Counted from the stretch's first letter, positions 53,141 through 62,783 are shown. The stretch: 64,000 bases of DNA from a candidate division WOR-3 bacterium (GCA_037481815.1 JBBFKX010000003.1:96001-160000); one strand, 5' to 3'. Notes: generated by a model from the letters alone, not told the origin. Numbers and translations: made by a program.

Positions 53141-53970
53141 TCTTTTAAACCACTCCTTGAATAACTTTCTATTATCTGTCTCTGCGCAACAAAGAACATT
53201 ATGATAAGCGGTAAAACAACAAATGTTGATGCAGCCATAAGTAAGGTATAATTTGTTGATTGTTCTTGAATGAAATATGCAAGACCTACCTGAACCGGTC
53301 GAATGGAGTCAGAGTTGGTTACCACAAGCGGCCAGATAAACGAGTTCCATGAGGACAGAATAGAAAATATCGATATGGTTGTTAATGCGGGCTTTGAAAG
53401 TGGGACAACAACTTTAAACAAAAAACCTATATCAGAGTATCCATCGATCACAGCAGCATCATAAAGATCTCTTGGTATAGTTTTGAAATGTTGTCTTAAC
53501 AGGAATATCGAAAAAACATTAGCCATCCAGGGCACGATTTGAGCATAATAGGTATCAATCCAACCCATCTTTTGCAAAATCATATAACCTGGAACTATAT
53601 AAACAGGCATTGGAATCATCATAAGACCAAGTAAAGAAACAAAAAGGATCTCACGACCTTTGAAATCCAATCTTGCGAAAGCATAGGCAGCGAGTATCGA
53701 AGTAAACAGTGTCCCGGCAAGTTGTACGAGAGCGATAAAGATGGTATTTAAAAAATATCTTGTAAAATTTACCTTGTTCCATGCTGTGACATAATTTTTC
53801 ACTTGGGGATTTTCAGGCAAGATGGATGGTGGGAACTTAACCGCTTCCACAGGTGTTTTTAAAGATGTTGAAACCATCCAGAAAAATGGGAAAAGTATCG
53901 TTAACGCTATGATGATCAGAATAAGATAGGTAAAAAACATTGACAGGTTTATTCTTTTTAATCTATTCAT
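53137..53970 (-). CDS. Carbohydrate ABC permease (MalG-type)
   Basis: AAYAFAR, IPRDLYDAAVIDG, WNSFIWP. Confidence 0.92.
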   Translation of the reverse strand: MNRLKRINLSMFFTYLILIIIALTILFPFFWMVSTSLKTPVEAVKFPPSILPENPQVKNYVTAWNKVNFTRYFLNTIFIALVQLAGTLFTSILAAYAFARLDFKGREILFVSLLGLMMIPMPVYIVPGYMILQKMGWIDTYYAQIVPWMANVFSIFLLRQHFKTIPRDLYDAAVIDGYSDIGFLFKVVVPLSKPALTTISIFSILSSWNSFIWPLVVTNSDSIRPVQVGLAYFIQEQSTNYTLLMAASTFVVLPLIIMFFVAQRQIIESYSRSGLKD

Positions 53971-54901
53971 AAAAGACATTTTTTTCTCCATATTTTTTCT
54001 GGACGATGGTTAAAAAGAGTATTATCAAAAAAAGTATAAAAGCTATGGCTGTACCATAACCATATTTTCCATAGTTGAACGCCATATCGTAAAGATAATA
54101 AACGATAACATTTGTTGTTCCAAGAGGTCCACCAGCAGGAGGTCCGGTCATCATCCAGACGGGAGCAAAAACCTGAAAACTTGTTATCGTTGTCATTATA
54201 AAAACATAGAAAGTCGTTGGGGAAAGTAATGGTAATGTTATATGCCTGAATACCTGCCAGTTTGATGCTCCATCAATTTTTGCAGATTCATAGTAATGTT
54301 CCGGGATATTCTGGAGTCCAGCAAGAAAAATAATCACATTGTATCCTATGGATTTCCAGATCGTCATTATCGATAAAGAAAAAAGAGCAAGAGAAGGTCC
54401 TTCAAGAATTTTCGGTAGATCGGTTTGAAAAATCATTTCAAAAATTCCTCTCGGTTCTTCAAGCCATTTTAATGGGGAGATTCCAAGAGATGTCAAAATG
54501 TAATTGGCAATACCAATCTTCGGATGGTATATCCATTTCCATACAAAGGATATCGCAATTATAGATGTGACCTCTGGAAGAAAATAGGTTGTTCTGAAAA
54601 AACCCTTGAATTTTATCTTCTGGTTTAAAAGAATAGCGATGAACATCGATATCATGATCGTACCTGGCAGTACCATTATAACATACCAGAGTGTGTTCAA
54701 CAACGATTGATAAAATTTTTCATCTCTGAAAATTTCCAGATAGTTTCCAAAACCAACGAAAGATCCTTTTCCAGCGATTCCCCAATTAAAAAAACTGATA
54801 AAAAAGGATAAAATTATTGGAAAAAACCTGAAAACGACGAGAATTATAAGTGCCGGGGATAAGAAAAGCATCGCTTTTAAAAATTTTTTCCTTTCATTCA
54901 T
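53963..54901 (-). CDS. Carbohydrate ABC permease (MalF-type)
   Basis: FVGFGNY, LAGLQNIP...YESAKIDGA, ITLPLL. Likely start ATG 54901. Confidence 0.92.
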   Translation of the reverse strand: MNERKKFLKAMLFLSPALIILVVFRFFPIILSFFISFFNWGIAGKGSFVGFGNYLEIFRDEKFYQSLLNTLWYVIMVLPGTIMISMFIAILLNQKIKFKGFFRTTYFLPEVTSIIAISFVWKWIYHPKIGIANYILTSLGISPLKWLEEPRGIFEMIFQTDLPKILEGPSLALFSLSIMTIWKSIGYNVIIFLAGLQNIPEHYYESAKIDGASNWQVFRHITLPLLSPTTFYVFIMTTITSFQVFAPVWMMTGPPAGGPLGTTNVIVYYLYDMAFNYGKYGYGTAIAFILFLIILFLTIVQKKYGEKNVFYE

Positions 54902-54912
54902 AATATATTTAG

Positions 54913-54977
54913 ATTTTATATTATCAGAATTTTTTGTCAACATTCTGGTTGACAAAATTTTCTTATATATATAGAAT
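54913..54977. promoter_or_regulatory. Back-to-back divergent sigma70 promoters
   Basis: Minus strand TTGACA(54940-54935)-N16-TAAAAT. Plus strand TTGACA(54949)-N17-TAGAAT. Confidence 0.65.
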
Positions 54978-55000
54978 AGTTTTGTCAAATTAAAAAAGGA

Positions 55001-56155
55001 GTGTCTATGTTCAACATCAACAAGGAAAGGTTGATCAACGATTTTTTAAATATGGTCAGGATAAACTCTGAATCATATGAAGAAAAATTGATGGGTGATT
55101 ATTGTAAAAAAATTCTCAGGGATGAGTTCGGACTTGAAATATATGAAGATGATGCTTCGTTGAAAATCGGATCAAACCAGTCCAACATAATTGCAAAATA
55201 TAGAGGAAACCCCCGTAAAAAAACTTTACTTTTCTGTGCTCATATTGATACTGTAAAACCCGGAAAAAATATAAATCCTATTTATGAAAATGGTAAAATT
55301 ACATCGGATGGTAAAACTATTCTTGGTGCTGATGACAAATCAGGTATAGCATCCCTTTTTGAAGCGTTAAGGATAGTAAAAGAAAACGAACTCGATGTTC
55401 CAGATATCGAAATAGTGTTAACTGTGGCTGAAGAGGTCGGACTTAAAGGAGCAAAAAACCTCGATTTTTCAGTTTTGAAGGCAAAGGAAGGATACGCATT
55501 AGATAGTGAAGATATCGAGGGAATCTTCAACAGAGCACCATCTCAAAATTTCATAGACATAACGGTTGAAGGGATAGAATCACATGCTGGAATGTCTCCT
55601 GAAAAGGGCATATCTGCGATTAAAGTTTTAAGTGATGCGATTTCAAACATGCCATTTGGAAGGATCGACAGTGAAACAACTGCAAACATAGGAGTTATCG
55701 AAGGTGGACTCGCCTCAAACATAGTTGCAAAAAGATGTTCTATTAAAGGAGAGGTTAGAAGTCACGACGAGGAAAGGTTGAAATATTATACAGAAAAAGT
55801 TAAAGAGGCAGTTTACAACGCAATAAGTAGAAATAGAATCACTTTGCCTGATGGATCTGTAAAAACTGCAACATGTAAAATTGAAGTTGAGAAAGCATAC
55901 TCTGCAATGTATGTGAAAGAGGATGAGCCTGTTTTACAGAGAGCGATAAATGTTTATAAGAATCTTAAAATTCCTTACCGAATTCTAACAGGTGGTGGTG
56001 GTTCAGATGCAAACATTTTTAACGAACATGGTATAAAAACGATTATCTTGGGTACTGGAATGAAAAATGTTCATACTGTCGATGAGTATATTTTTGAAAA
56101 CGATCTTATCATGTTAACCAGAATAATTTTGGGTTTGATGACTTACGATCAATAG
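55001..56155 (+). CDS. M20 family metallopeptidase (peptidase T-like)
   Basis: AHIDTV, LGADDKSG, EEVG, HAG, GGSDAN, HTVDE. Confidence 0.92.
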   Translation: MSMFNINKERLINDFLNMVRINSESYEEKLMGDYCKKILRDEFGLEIYEDDASLKIGSNQSNIIAKYRGNPRKKTLLFCAHIDTVKPGKNINPIYENGKITSDGKTILGADDKSGIASLFEALRIVKENELDVPDIEIVLTVAEEVGLKGAKNLDFSVLKAKEGYALDSEDIEGIFNRAPSQNFIDITVEGIESHAGMSPEKGISAIKVLSDAISNMPFGRIDSETTANIGVIEGGLASNIVAKRCSIKGEVRSHDEERLKYYTEKVKEAVYNAISRNRITLPDGSVKTATCKIEVEKAYSAMYVKEDEPVLQRAINVYKNLKIPYRILTGGGGSDANIFNEHGIKTIILGTGMKNVHTVDEYIFENDLIMLTRIILGLMTYDQ

Positions 56156-56238
56156 TTTTGTCAGATTTTTATTGACATTTTGCTGTAAATCTTTATTATA
56201 TAAAATCTATTTTTTTATAAATTTAAAAGGAGGATATT

Positions 56239-58314
56239 TTGGCTGATATTAAAACAGGTGACATCAGAAACATAGCAATCGTTGGACACAACGGAGCAGG
56301 TAAAACAAGTTTTGGTGAAACTATACTTTTTAATACAGGTTTCACAACAAGATTGAACAAGGTCGATGAAAAAAATTCTATGCTTGACTATACCGATGAG
56401 GAAATGGCAAGGAGTATAACCATAGGTCTCAAACTTGCGACTGTAAAATGGCAGGATAAAACTATCAACTTCATCGATACACCAGGGTTCGTAGATTTCT
56501 TTGGGGAAGTCATATCGGCTTCAAAAGTTGTTGAATCTTTTATTTTCATCATCGACGGTTCAACCGGAGTCGATCTTGGAACTGAAAATGCATGGGAACT
56601 GAGAAAGAAAGAAAAACTTGCAGGACTTTTCGTTATCAACAAGATGAAAAGAGAAAATGTTGATTATGAAAAAGTTTTTCAGGAAATAAAAAATTCACTT
56701 TCAGAAAGCGCAACTCTGATCCAACTTCCAATAGGAAGTGGACCAAACTTTAAAGGAGTGGTTGATCTTATAACCGGAAAAGCGTATGTTTACGAGAATG
56801 GTAAAAAAAGTGAAACTCAGGTTCCCGGTGATATAAAAGATTCTGTTGAAAAGATGAAAAAAGAATTACTTGAGCAGATTGCATCATCCGATGAAACTTT
56901 GATGGAAAAGTTTTTTGCTGATAGTTTATCCCAGGAAGATATTAATACTGGATTTTTAAATGCAATCAAAAATGGAACACTCTATCCTGTATGTTTTACA
57001 GATTCTGTTGAAAATATAGGTGCTGATCTTGTGCTTGATTACATTATAAAATATCTTCCTTCACCAGCAGATCTCAACATCAGAAGACCTATTGAATCGG
57101 AAACTTATCCAGAAAAACCAGATCAGAACTCTCCTTTCGCAGGTTTTGTTTTTAAAACAAATGTCGAAAAACATTTAGGTGATATAAACTTCGTCAGAGT
57201 ATTCTCCGGGGTTTTGAAATCTGGAAGTGAAATCTACAACAGTTCAAAAAATGTTACGGAAAAAGTCAACCAGATGTATATCAATATTGGAAAAGAGAGA
57301 AAAGAGATAGATGAACTAACAACAGGAATGATAGGTGTTCTGGTAAAATTAAAATCAACAAAAACTTCAGATACGATATGTGATAAATCGATAAACATTA
57401 AATTCCCGCCCATAGAATTCCCTCATGCAAATGTTTCAATGGCAATAATTCCTCTTGCAAAAGGTGATGAGGAAAAAATTTCAAATGGATTATCAAAACT
57501 CCATGAAGAGGATCCATCATTCTATTTCAAATTTGATCCCGAAATCAAACAGACACTCATACATGGACTTGGAACTATACATCTTGAAGTGATAATAAAC
57601 AAATTGAAAGAAAAATTTGGAGTGAATGTCAACCTTGAAAAACCGAGGATCAAATACAGAGAAACGATTAAAAAGACAGCATCAGCAGAAGGAAAGCATA
57701 AAAAACAATCTGGTGGAAGAGGACAGTTCGGTGTGTGTAATGTTAAATTTGAACCACTTCCAAGGGGAACTGGATTCCAGTTCGTGGACGAGATTTTCGG
57801 TGGTGCAATTCCTGCAAAATTTGTCCCATCAGTTGAAAAAGGTATAAAAGATGCACTTGAAAAAGGAGTTGTTGCGGGTTATCCGATAGTTGATGTAAAG
57901 GCGATCCTTTTCGACGGAAAATATCATGATGTTGATTCATCCGATATAGCGTTTCAGATAGCCGGATCACTTGCAGTAAAAGGTGCGATACCACAAGCAG
58001 ATCCTGTAATCCTTGAACCTATAATGAATGTTGAGGTAACTGTCCCCGAAGAGTATATGGGTGATATAATGGGAGATATAAACGCAAGAAGAGGAAAAAT
58101 CCTTGGAACAGAACATGCTGGAAGATATCAAAAGATAAAAGCGTTGATTCCTGAAGCAGAAATGTATCAGTACTCATCTCAACTCAGATCGATGACACAG
58201 GGTAGAGGAACATTTAAAATGGAATTTGAGACATACGAAGAGGTTCCAAGAGAAAAGGTTGCAAAGATTATAGAGGAAGCGAAAAGATTTCAAGAGGAAC
58301 AACAGGAGAAATGA
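56239..58314 (+). CDS. fusA: Elongation factor G paralogue (EF-G2-like)
   Basis: GHNGAGKT, DTPG, KQSGGRGQFG, SSDIAF, LRSMTQGRG. Divergent G2 and G4 motifs, outside a ribosomal operon. TTG start after AGGAGG. Confidence 0.9.
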   Translation: MADIKTGDIRNIAIVGHNGAGKTSFGETILFNTGFTTRLNKVDEKNSMLDYTDEEMARSITIGLKLATVKWQDKTINFIDTPGFVDFFGEVISASKVVESFIFIIDGSTGVDLGTENAWELRKKEKLAGLFVINKMKRENVDYEKVFQEIKNSLSESATLIQLPIGSGPNFKGVVDLITGKAYVYENGKKSETQVPGDIKDSVEKMKKELLEQIASSDETLMEKFFADSLSQEDINTGFLNAIKNGTLYPVCFTDSVENIGADLVLDYIIKYLPSPADLNIRRPIESETYPEKPDQNSPFAGFVFKTNVEKHLGDINFVRVFSGVLKSGSEIYNSSKNVTEKVNQMYINIGKERKEIDELTTGMIGVLVKLKSTKTSDTICDKSINIKFPPIEFPHANVSMAIIPLAKGDEEKISNGLSKLHEEDPSFYFKFDPEIKQTLIHGLGTIHLEVIINKLKEKFGVNVNLEKPRIKYRETIKKTASAEGKHKKQSGGRGQFGVCNVKFEPLPRGTGFQFVDEIFGGAIPAKFVPSVEKGIKDALEKGVVAGYPIVDVKAILFDGKYHDVDSSDIAFQIAGSLAVKGAIPQADPVILEPIMNVEVTVPEEYMGDIMGDINARRGKILGTEHAGRYQKIKALIPEAEMYQYSSQLRSMTQGRGTFKMEFETYEEVPREKVAKIIEEAKRFQEEQQEK

Positions 58315-58665
58315 TCATTTTAGATCATATCTTTGTTCAATATACTGTTTAAAATCCTTTAATCCTTCAGAAAATTTGATGAAGAGAGCATCAAGAGTGC
58401 TCTCTTCATCCTGTAATATCTTATTTTTTCCAAAAATTTCAATCTTTTTGGCAAGTTCCATAAGATAGAAAAGATTAAAGTTCCCAACAACACTTTTAAA
58501 CGCATGTGACTGTTTTGCAATCTGTTCAAAATCTCTTTCCTTTATCGCTTTTTCAAGCAAAGGATATCTCTGGTTGTAATCGTATATAAACGATTTCAAT
58601 ATATCCTTAAAATCATCGGAGTCCTTTCCAAAAAGTTCTTCAAGCGATGAAAGATCGTAATCCAT
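58315..58665 (-). CDS. Stand-alone Hpt phosphotransfer protein
   Basis: SHAFKSVVGNF (H-x-x-K-S/G) in a small helical protein. Confidence 0.8.
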   Translation of the reverse strand: MDYDLSSLEELFGKDSDDFKDILKSFIYDYNQRYPLLEKAIKERDFEQIAKQSHAFKSVVGNFNLFYLMELAKKIEIFGKNKILQDEESTLDALFIKFSEGLKDFKQYIEQRYDLK

Positions 58666-58669
58666 AAAG

Positions 58670-60778
58670 TTATGGTTTAAACCTGTAAGGTATAGTTGTC
58701 TTCATTTCTGCTGGAACCCCATCGATCGTTCCAGGATTGAATACCGCTTTGTACGCTGCTTCAACTGCTGCGTTATCACAAGCAGGGTTCAAGGATTTTA
58801 TAACCTTTGCTGAAACAACTTTTCCATCCTTTCCGACAACAACCTCAACAAAAACTGTACCTTCAGCACCTATCTTCCTGGCAGCTTCAGGATATGCTGG
58901 TTGAATTATCTGTTTTGGGGTTGGTTGTATCACAACTGAAGGTTTCTTTTCCTCCTCTTTTTTCACGGTATCAACTGGTTGCTGTTGTTGCTGTTGAACC
59001 TGCTGGGAAAGCAACTGTGACGCTGTTGGAGTTTTTACCTGTGTCTCCTCTTTTGGTTTTGTTTCCTCTTTCACCTCTTTTTTAACATTCTTGTTGGTTT
59101 CAACAGTTTTTGTTTCCGTTTTTTGAACAGTTTCTTCAACTTTTGGTGCTGGGAAAAGCAAAGCAAAATCGATTTTCTTCTGGTTCGGTTTTTCTACATA
59201 GAATATATCAAGGTTTGAAATCGGTTCAATGTTTGAGGCATAAACGTTATCGAAAGATTTTAAAATATTGTTCGCTACTATAACCCTGTTTGGAACAAAA
59301 AGGAAAGCGTAAGGCTGATCATCAACGATTATCTGCTGGAACTCTTTCCAGTAACCTCTTGCTTCTTCTTTGTCCATAGTTGTCATCGCAAGGTTAACGA
59401 TAGAATCGACTTTTGGATTTCTGTAATCAACAAAGTTGAATCTTCCAGTTTCTTTTACTGAGGACCAGAAAGGTAGTGGATTGAAATCTTCGTTCACCTG
59501 CCATGAGAGTATGTAAATATCATAATCTTTCGAAAAGAGTTTCAAAATCAAAGAATCTGAAGGTAACTCTTTTAAGTTAACATTTAAACCAGCATTTTTC
59601 AACTGGTTTGTAACCTCTCTTGCAACTTTTACGAGCATCGCATCATTTCTATCTGTTATGAGATTCAAAACAAACGGTTTGTTGTTGTACATGTATCCTT
59701 TTACAGGATCCTTTTTTAAAATATTTTCGACAAGTTTTATTCCATCTTTATTGTATGAAACAGGTTTAATCTCTTCAGAATAAGCCCAGAATGATGGTGT
59801 TATCGGACCATTAGCAGGAATACCATTTTTTATCGTATTTTTTATCAGAAGATCTCTGTTTATCAATTGTGAAACACCTATTCTGAAATCTTTTGAGTCA
59901 AACGGTTTTCTTGAAAGGTTGAATCCAATATATGTATAGATGTTCCCTTTTTTCTGAATTCCCGTCACATTTTTTATCTTCGCTATCTCCTCTATGTTAT
60001 CTGGTGTTATATCGTAAACAAGATCAAGTTTTCCTTCTTTGAGATCACTGATTATAGATTGCTGATCGGTGTATATTCTGTAAACTATTTTATCTATGAA
60101 AGGTTTATCTTCCAGAGAATAGTTTTCATTTTTGACGAGTGATACATATTTACCACTTTCCCATTTTTCGAGTTTGTATGGTCCATTTCCAACAGGTCTT
60201 GTGTTAAAATCTGAATACTGTATCTGATTTTTTTCTTTTTCAAGCAAATGTTTTGGAAGTGGTTTTATGTTTGAATCAAAAAGTGCCATGGGATAAACCT
60301 TGTTGCAATAGAAAACGATTTTATCATCAGATAATACCTTAACCGAATCTATATTCTGTAATTTTGAAAATAACGGAGAATTGTTCTTTGGATCCTTGAT
60401 CAGGTTGAAAGTGAATTCAACATCATACGCCGTAACCGGCTGTCCATCCTGCCAGACAATATCTTTTCTTAGATAATAAGTTATCTTTTTTAGATCCTCT
60501 GAATATTCCCATGAGTTTGCAAGCATGGGAACTATGTTTCCGTTGATATCAGTTTTATGGAGTGGAAGAAAGATCATATCCACTATCTCGTTATGTGCTA
60601 TGAATGATGGATAAATAGGTGAAAGGTTCTCTGGTTCTCCAACTATTCCTACAACAATTTCTCCACCTGATTCTCCAACCTGTGGTGCTCTGGATATCTT
60701 TTTTTCACATGAGATAACAAGAATTATCGCCAATATGATAAGAACTATTTTAGAAATTTTAGAAAATTGCCTCATCAA
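58670..60778 (-). CDS. Lipoprotein: family 5 ABC substrate-binding domain, linker, TonB C-terminal domain
   Basis: Lipobox VISC. SBP_bac_5 motifs LANSW, WQDGQPVTAYDVEFT, PVGNGPY. TonB_C motif PAYPEAARKIGAEGTVFVEVVVGKDGKV...F.PG...F. Confidence 0.88.
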   Translation of the reverse strand: MMRQFSKISKIVLIILAIILVISCEKKISRAPQVGESGGEIVVGIVGEPENLSPIYPSFIAHNEIVDMIFLPLHKTDINGNIVPMLANSWEYSEDLKKITYYLRKDIVWQDGQPVTAYDVEFTFNLIKDPKNNSPLFSKLQNIDSVKVLSDDKIVFYCNKVYPMALFDSNIKPLPKHLLEKEKNQIQYSDFNTRPVGNGPYKLEKWESGKYVSLVKNENYSLEDKPFIDKIVYRIYTDQQSIISDLKEGKLDLVYDITPDNIEEIAKIKNVTGIQKKGNIYTYIGFNLSRKPFDSKDFRIGVSQLINRDLLIKNTIKNGIPANGPITPSFWAYSEEIKPVSYNKDGIKLVENILKKDPVKGYMYNNKPFVLNLITDRNDAMLVKVAREVTNQLKNAGLNVNLKELPSDSLILKLFSKDYDIYILSWQVNEDFNPLPFWSSVKETGRFNFVDYRNPKVDSIVNLAMTTMDKEEARGYWKEFQQIIVDDQPYAFLFVPNRVIVANNILKSFDNVYASNIEPISNLDIFYVEKPNQKKIDFALLFPAPKVEETVQKTETKTVETNKNVKKEVKEETKPKEETQVKTPTASQLLSQQVQQQQQQPVDTVKKEEEKKPSVVIQPTPKQIIQPAYPEAARKIGAEGTVFVEVVVGKDGKVVSAKVIKSLNPACDNAAVEAAYKAVFNPGTIDGVPAEMKTTIPYRFKP

Positions 60779-60825
60779 TCCTCCTTTTATTTATTTAAAG
60801 ATTATTATTTAAAATTTTGAATTTG

Positions 60826-62073
60826 TCAACCTATTTGATTCTCTTCAGAAAGAGTTTGATCTATTATCATTTCAAGTTTATCTCCCAAACTCTGTTCAGA
60901 ATAAAATTTTAAAATGTAATCTTTTCCCCTCTTCCCCATCTCCTCCCTTTCTGATTCAGACATATTGTACACTTTCATAATTATTGAAACGATTTCATCA
61001 AGATTTTCAGGATCAGCATAGAATCCACAACCCGAGTCCTTAACGAACTCTGAATATTCTGGTTTTGCTGTGATAAGTATCGGTTTCCCTGCAAGCATAT
61101 AATCAAAAAGTTTGTTTGGACTTAAACCGTATTTGTAAAGTTCAGTCTTGTTAACCGTGATCAAACATAGATCAACATTAGCAAGAAAATTCAAAATATT
61201 TCTTTTCGGTATCGTCTTATAGATTCTAACATTTTTTATATTTTCATCCTTAATTCTTTTTTCGATATCTTCCCTCAAAGGGCCTTCTCCGAGTATTAAA
61301 AAATCGATAGGTTTATCTTCAAGTTTTTTTGCAATATCAAGAATAAGGTAAGGGTTGTTTGCAACACCTATCGCACCAGTATAAGCAATAGTAAACTTAT
61401 CTATTTTATATTTTTCTTTGTAATACTCTTTGGGTTTATCGGGTGTAAAATGGTTTGGATATGTGCAGTTCGATATGAAATGTATTTTCTTTTCTTCTAT
61501 ACCTTTTGAAACTATATGATTTTTAAACTTTTCAACACAGACGATTATACTTTTGCTTTTCTGATAGATTATTTTTTCGAGAAGATATAAAAACCATGTG
61601 TAGGGATTTTTTTTCATCTCAGGTTTGAGTTGTATCAGTGACTCAGGCCAGAGGTCAAGAATATCTGATATGAATGGTTTTTTCAATTTTATCGATAGAA
61701 AAAGTGCGGAGAGTGCAGTGATCAACTGTGGTGAAACTCCTATAATTATATCTGGTTTTTCGAGTATCCTTCCAACTCTGTACATCTCAACAGAAAAAAT
61801 TATCTGGTTCAACAATCTCTGAAAATCATTTTTTTTGTAAGTAAAAGTTTTAACCCAGACAAAATTTACTCCGTTAACATTTTCGATTTTATAATATTCA
61901 TCTTTTGCAAGTTTCATATGCTGGAGTTTGTGAACATTGAAATCAGAAGAAATTATATATACTTTATAACCTCTTTTCACAAGTTCGATTCCAAAATCAA
62001 GATGTCTTGTTCCACCTGTCATCTCATAGGTGTGTGCGTTTTGATAACATATCCATATGACTTTCTTTTTCGT
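60826..62073 (-). CDS. GT4 family glycosyltransferase (WbuB-like); probable ACG start at 62073
   Basis: GGTRH, DLWPES, YTGAIG, PNKLFDYMLAGKP. The expected N-terminal strand KKKVIWICYQ lies in frame upstream of ATG 62022. Confidence 0.88.
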   Translation of the reverse strand, partial: TKKKVIWICYQNAHTYEMTGGTRHLDFGIELVKRGYKVYIISSDFNVHKLQHMKLAKDEYYKIENVNGVNFVWVKTFTYKKNDFQRLLNQIIFSVEMYRVGRILEKPDIIIGVSPQLITALSALFLSIKLKKPFISDILDLWPESLIQLKPEMKKNPYTWFLYLLEKIIYQKSKSIIVCVEKFKNHIVSKGIEEKKIHFISNCTYPNHFTPDKPKEYYKEKYKIDKFTIAYTGAIGVANNPYLILDIAKKLEDKPIDFLILGEGPLREDIEKRIKDENIKNVRIYKTIPKRNILNFLANVDLCLITVNKTELYKYGLSPNKLFDYMLAGKPILITAKPEYSEFVKDSGCGFYADPENLDEIVSIIMKVYNMSESEREEMGKRGKDYILKFYSEQSLGDKLEMIIDQTLSEENQIG

Positions 62074-62131
62074 AAAAACTCCTTTTGTTGAATTTTTTAT
62101 TATATTAAAAGGGAATTGAAAGTCAACAATT

Positions 62132-62689
62132 TTAAAATAGCCAGATACCTGTAGACAAAGAAAAACCTGAAAAGATTATTCCTTTGTTCAAAGATGGATC
62201 TGAAAAGAAAAAATATGTATAACCTGCCTGAATCGAAAAACTCAAAGATAAGTTTTCACCAAGATAGAAAAGAAAACCGTTCTCGTTCGCAAGCGTAAAT
62301 GCAGTATACGATTCGGATGGATTATAAACAAGTTTTGTATACCCTGAAGTGAAGTATCCAGAATAAGATCCATCCTTACTCCTTGCTTTTTGATATGTTG
62401 GGATTGAAAAAGAAACACCTAACTGTCCAAACCTTGCTCCATAGGAATAAAGTTTTAGACCAACGATTGGAGTGAACCTTATACCATTTTTTTCAGCAAA
62501 AGCGAGTTCTGATGAGAATGGAAAAAGGTTGATATAGAATGTGTTACTCTGTTCTATCGGTTCAAAATAAACCTGGGGAGAGAATGATATATTGAAAATG
62601 TTGTTGATCTTGGTTTTCTTTTTGACTTTTGAGTATGAAGGGGTAAAAAAAAGCGCCCCTATGATCAAAAACAAAAAAAATCTTTTCAT
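62132..62689 (-). CDS. Hypothetical outer-membrane beta-barrel protein
   Basis: Signal peptide, amphipathic strands, C-terminal GIWLF. Confidence 0.6.
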   Translation of the reverse strand: MKRFFLFLIIGALFFTPSYSKVKKKTKINNIFNISFSPQVYFEPIEQSNTFYINLFPFSSELAFAEKNGIRFTPIVGLKLYSYGARFGQLGVSFSIPTYQKARSKDGSYSGYFTSGYTKLVYNPSESYTAFTLANENGFLFYLGENLSLSFSIQAGYTYFFFSDPSLNKGIIFSGFSLSTGIWLF

Positions 62690-62783
62690 CTATAAAAAAT
62701 ATACTATAAAAAATAGTTTTTTTCAATGAAAATAAACACTATCAATCTTGACAAATATCAATAAAAGGTTATTATAAAAAATT

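Noticed and set aside
382..61822. Many short ORF-track entries of 60-170 aa (e.g. 9432-9950, 18911-19330, 28882-29262, 17648-17932)
   Set aside because: Antisense or alternate-frame shadows of well-supported genes, with no SD or recognisable motifs.
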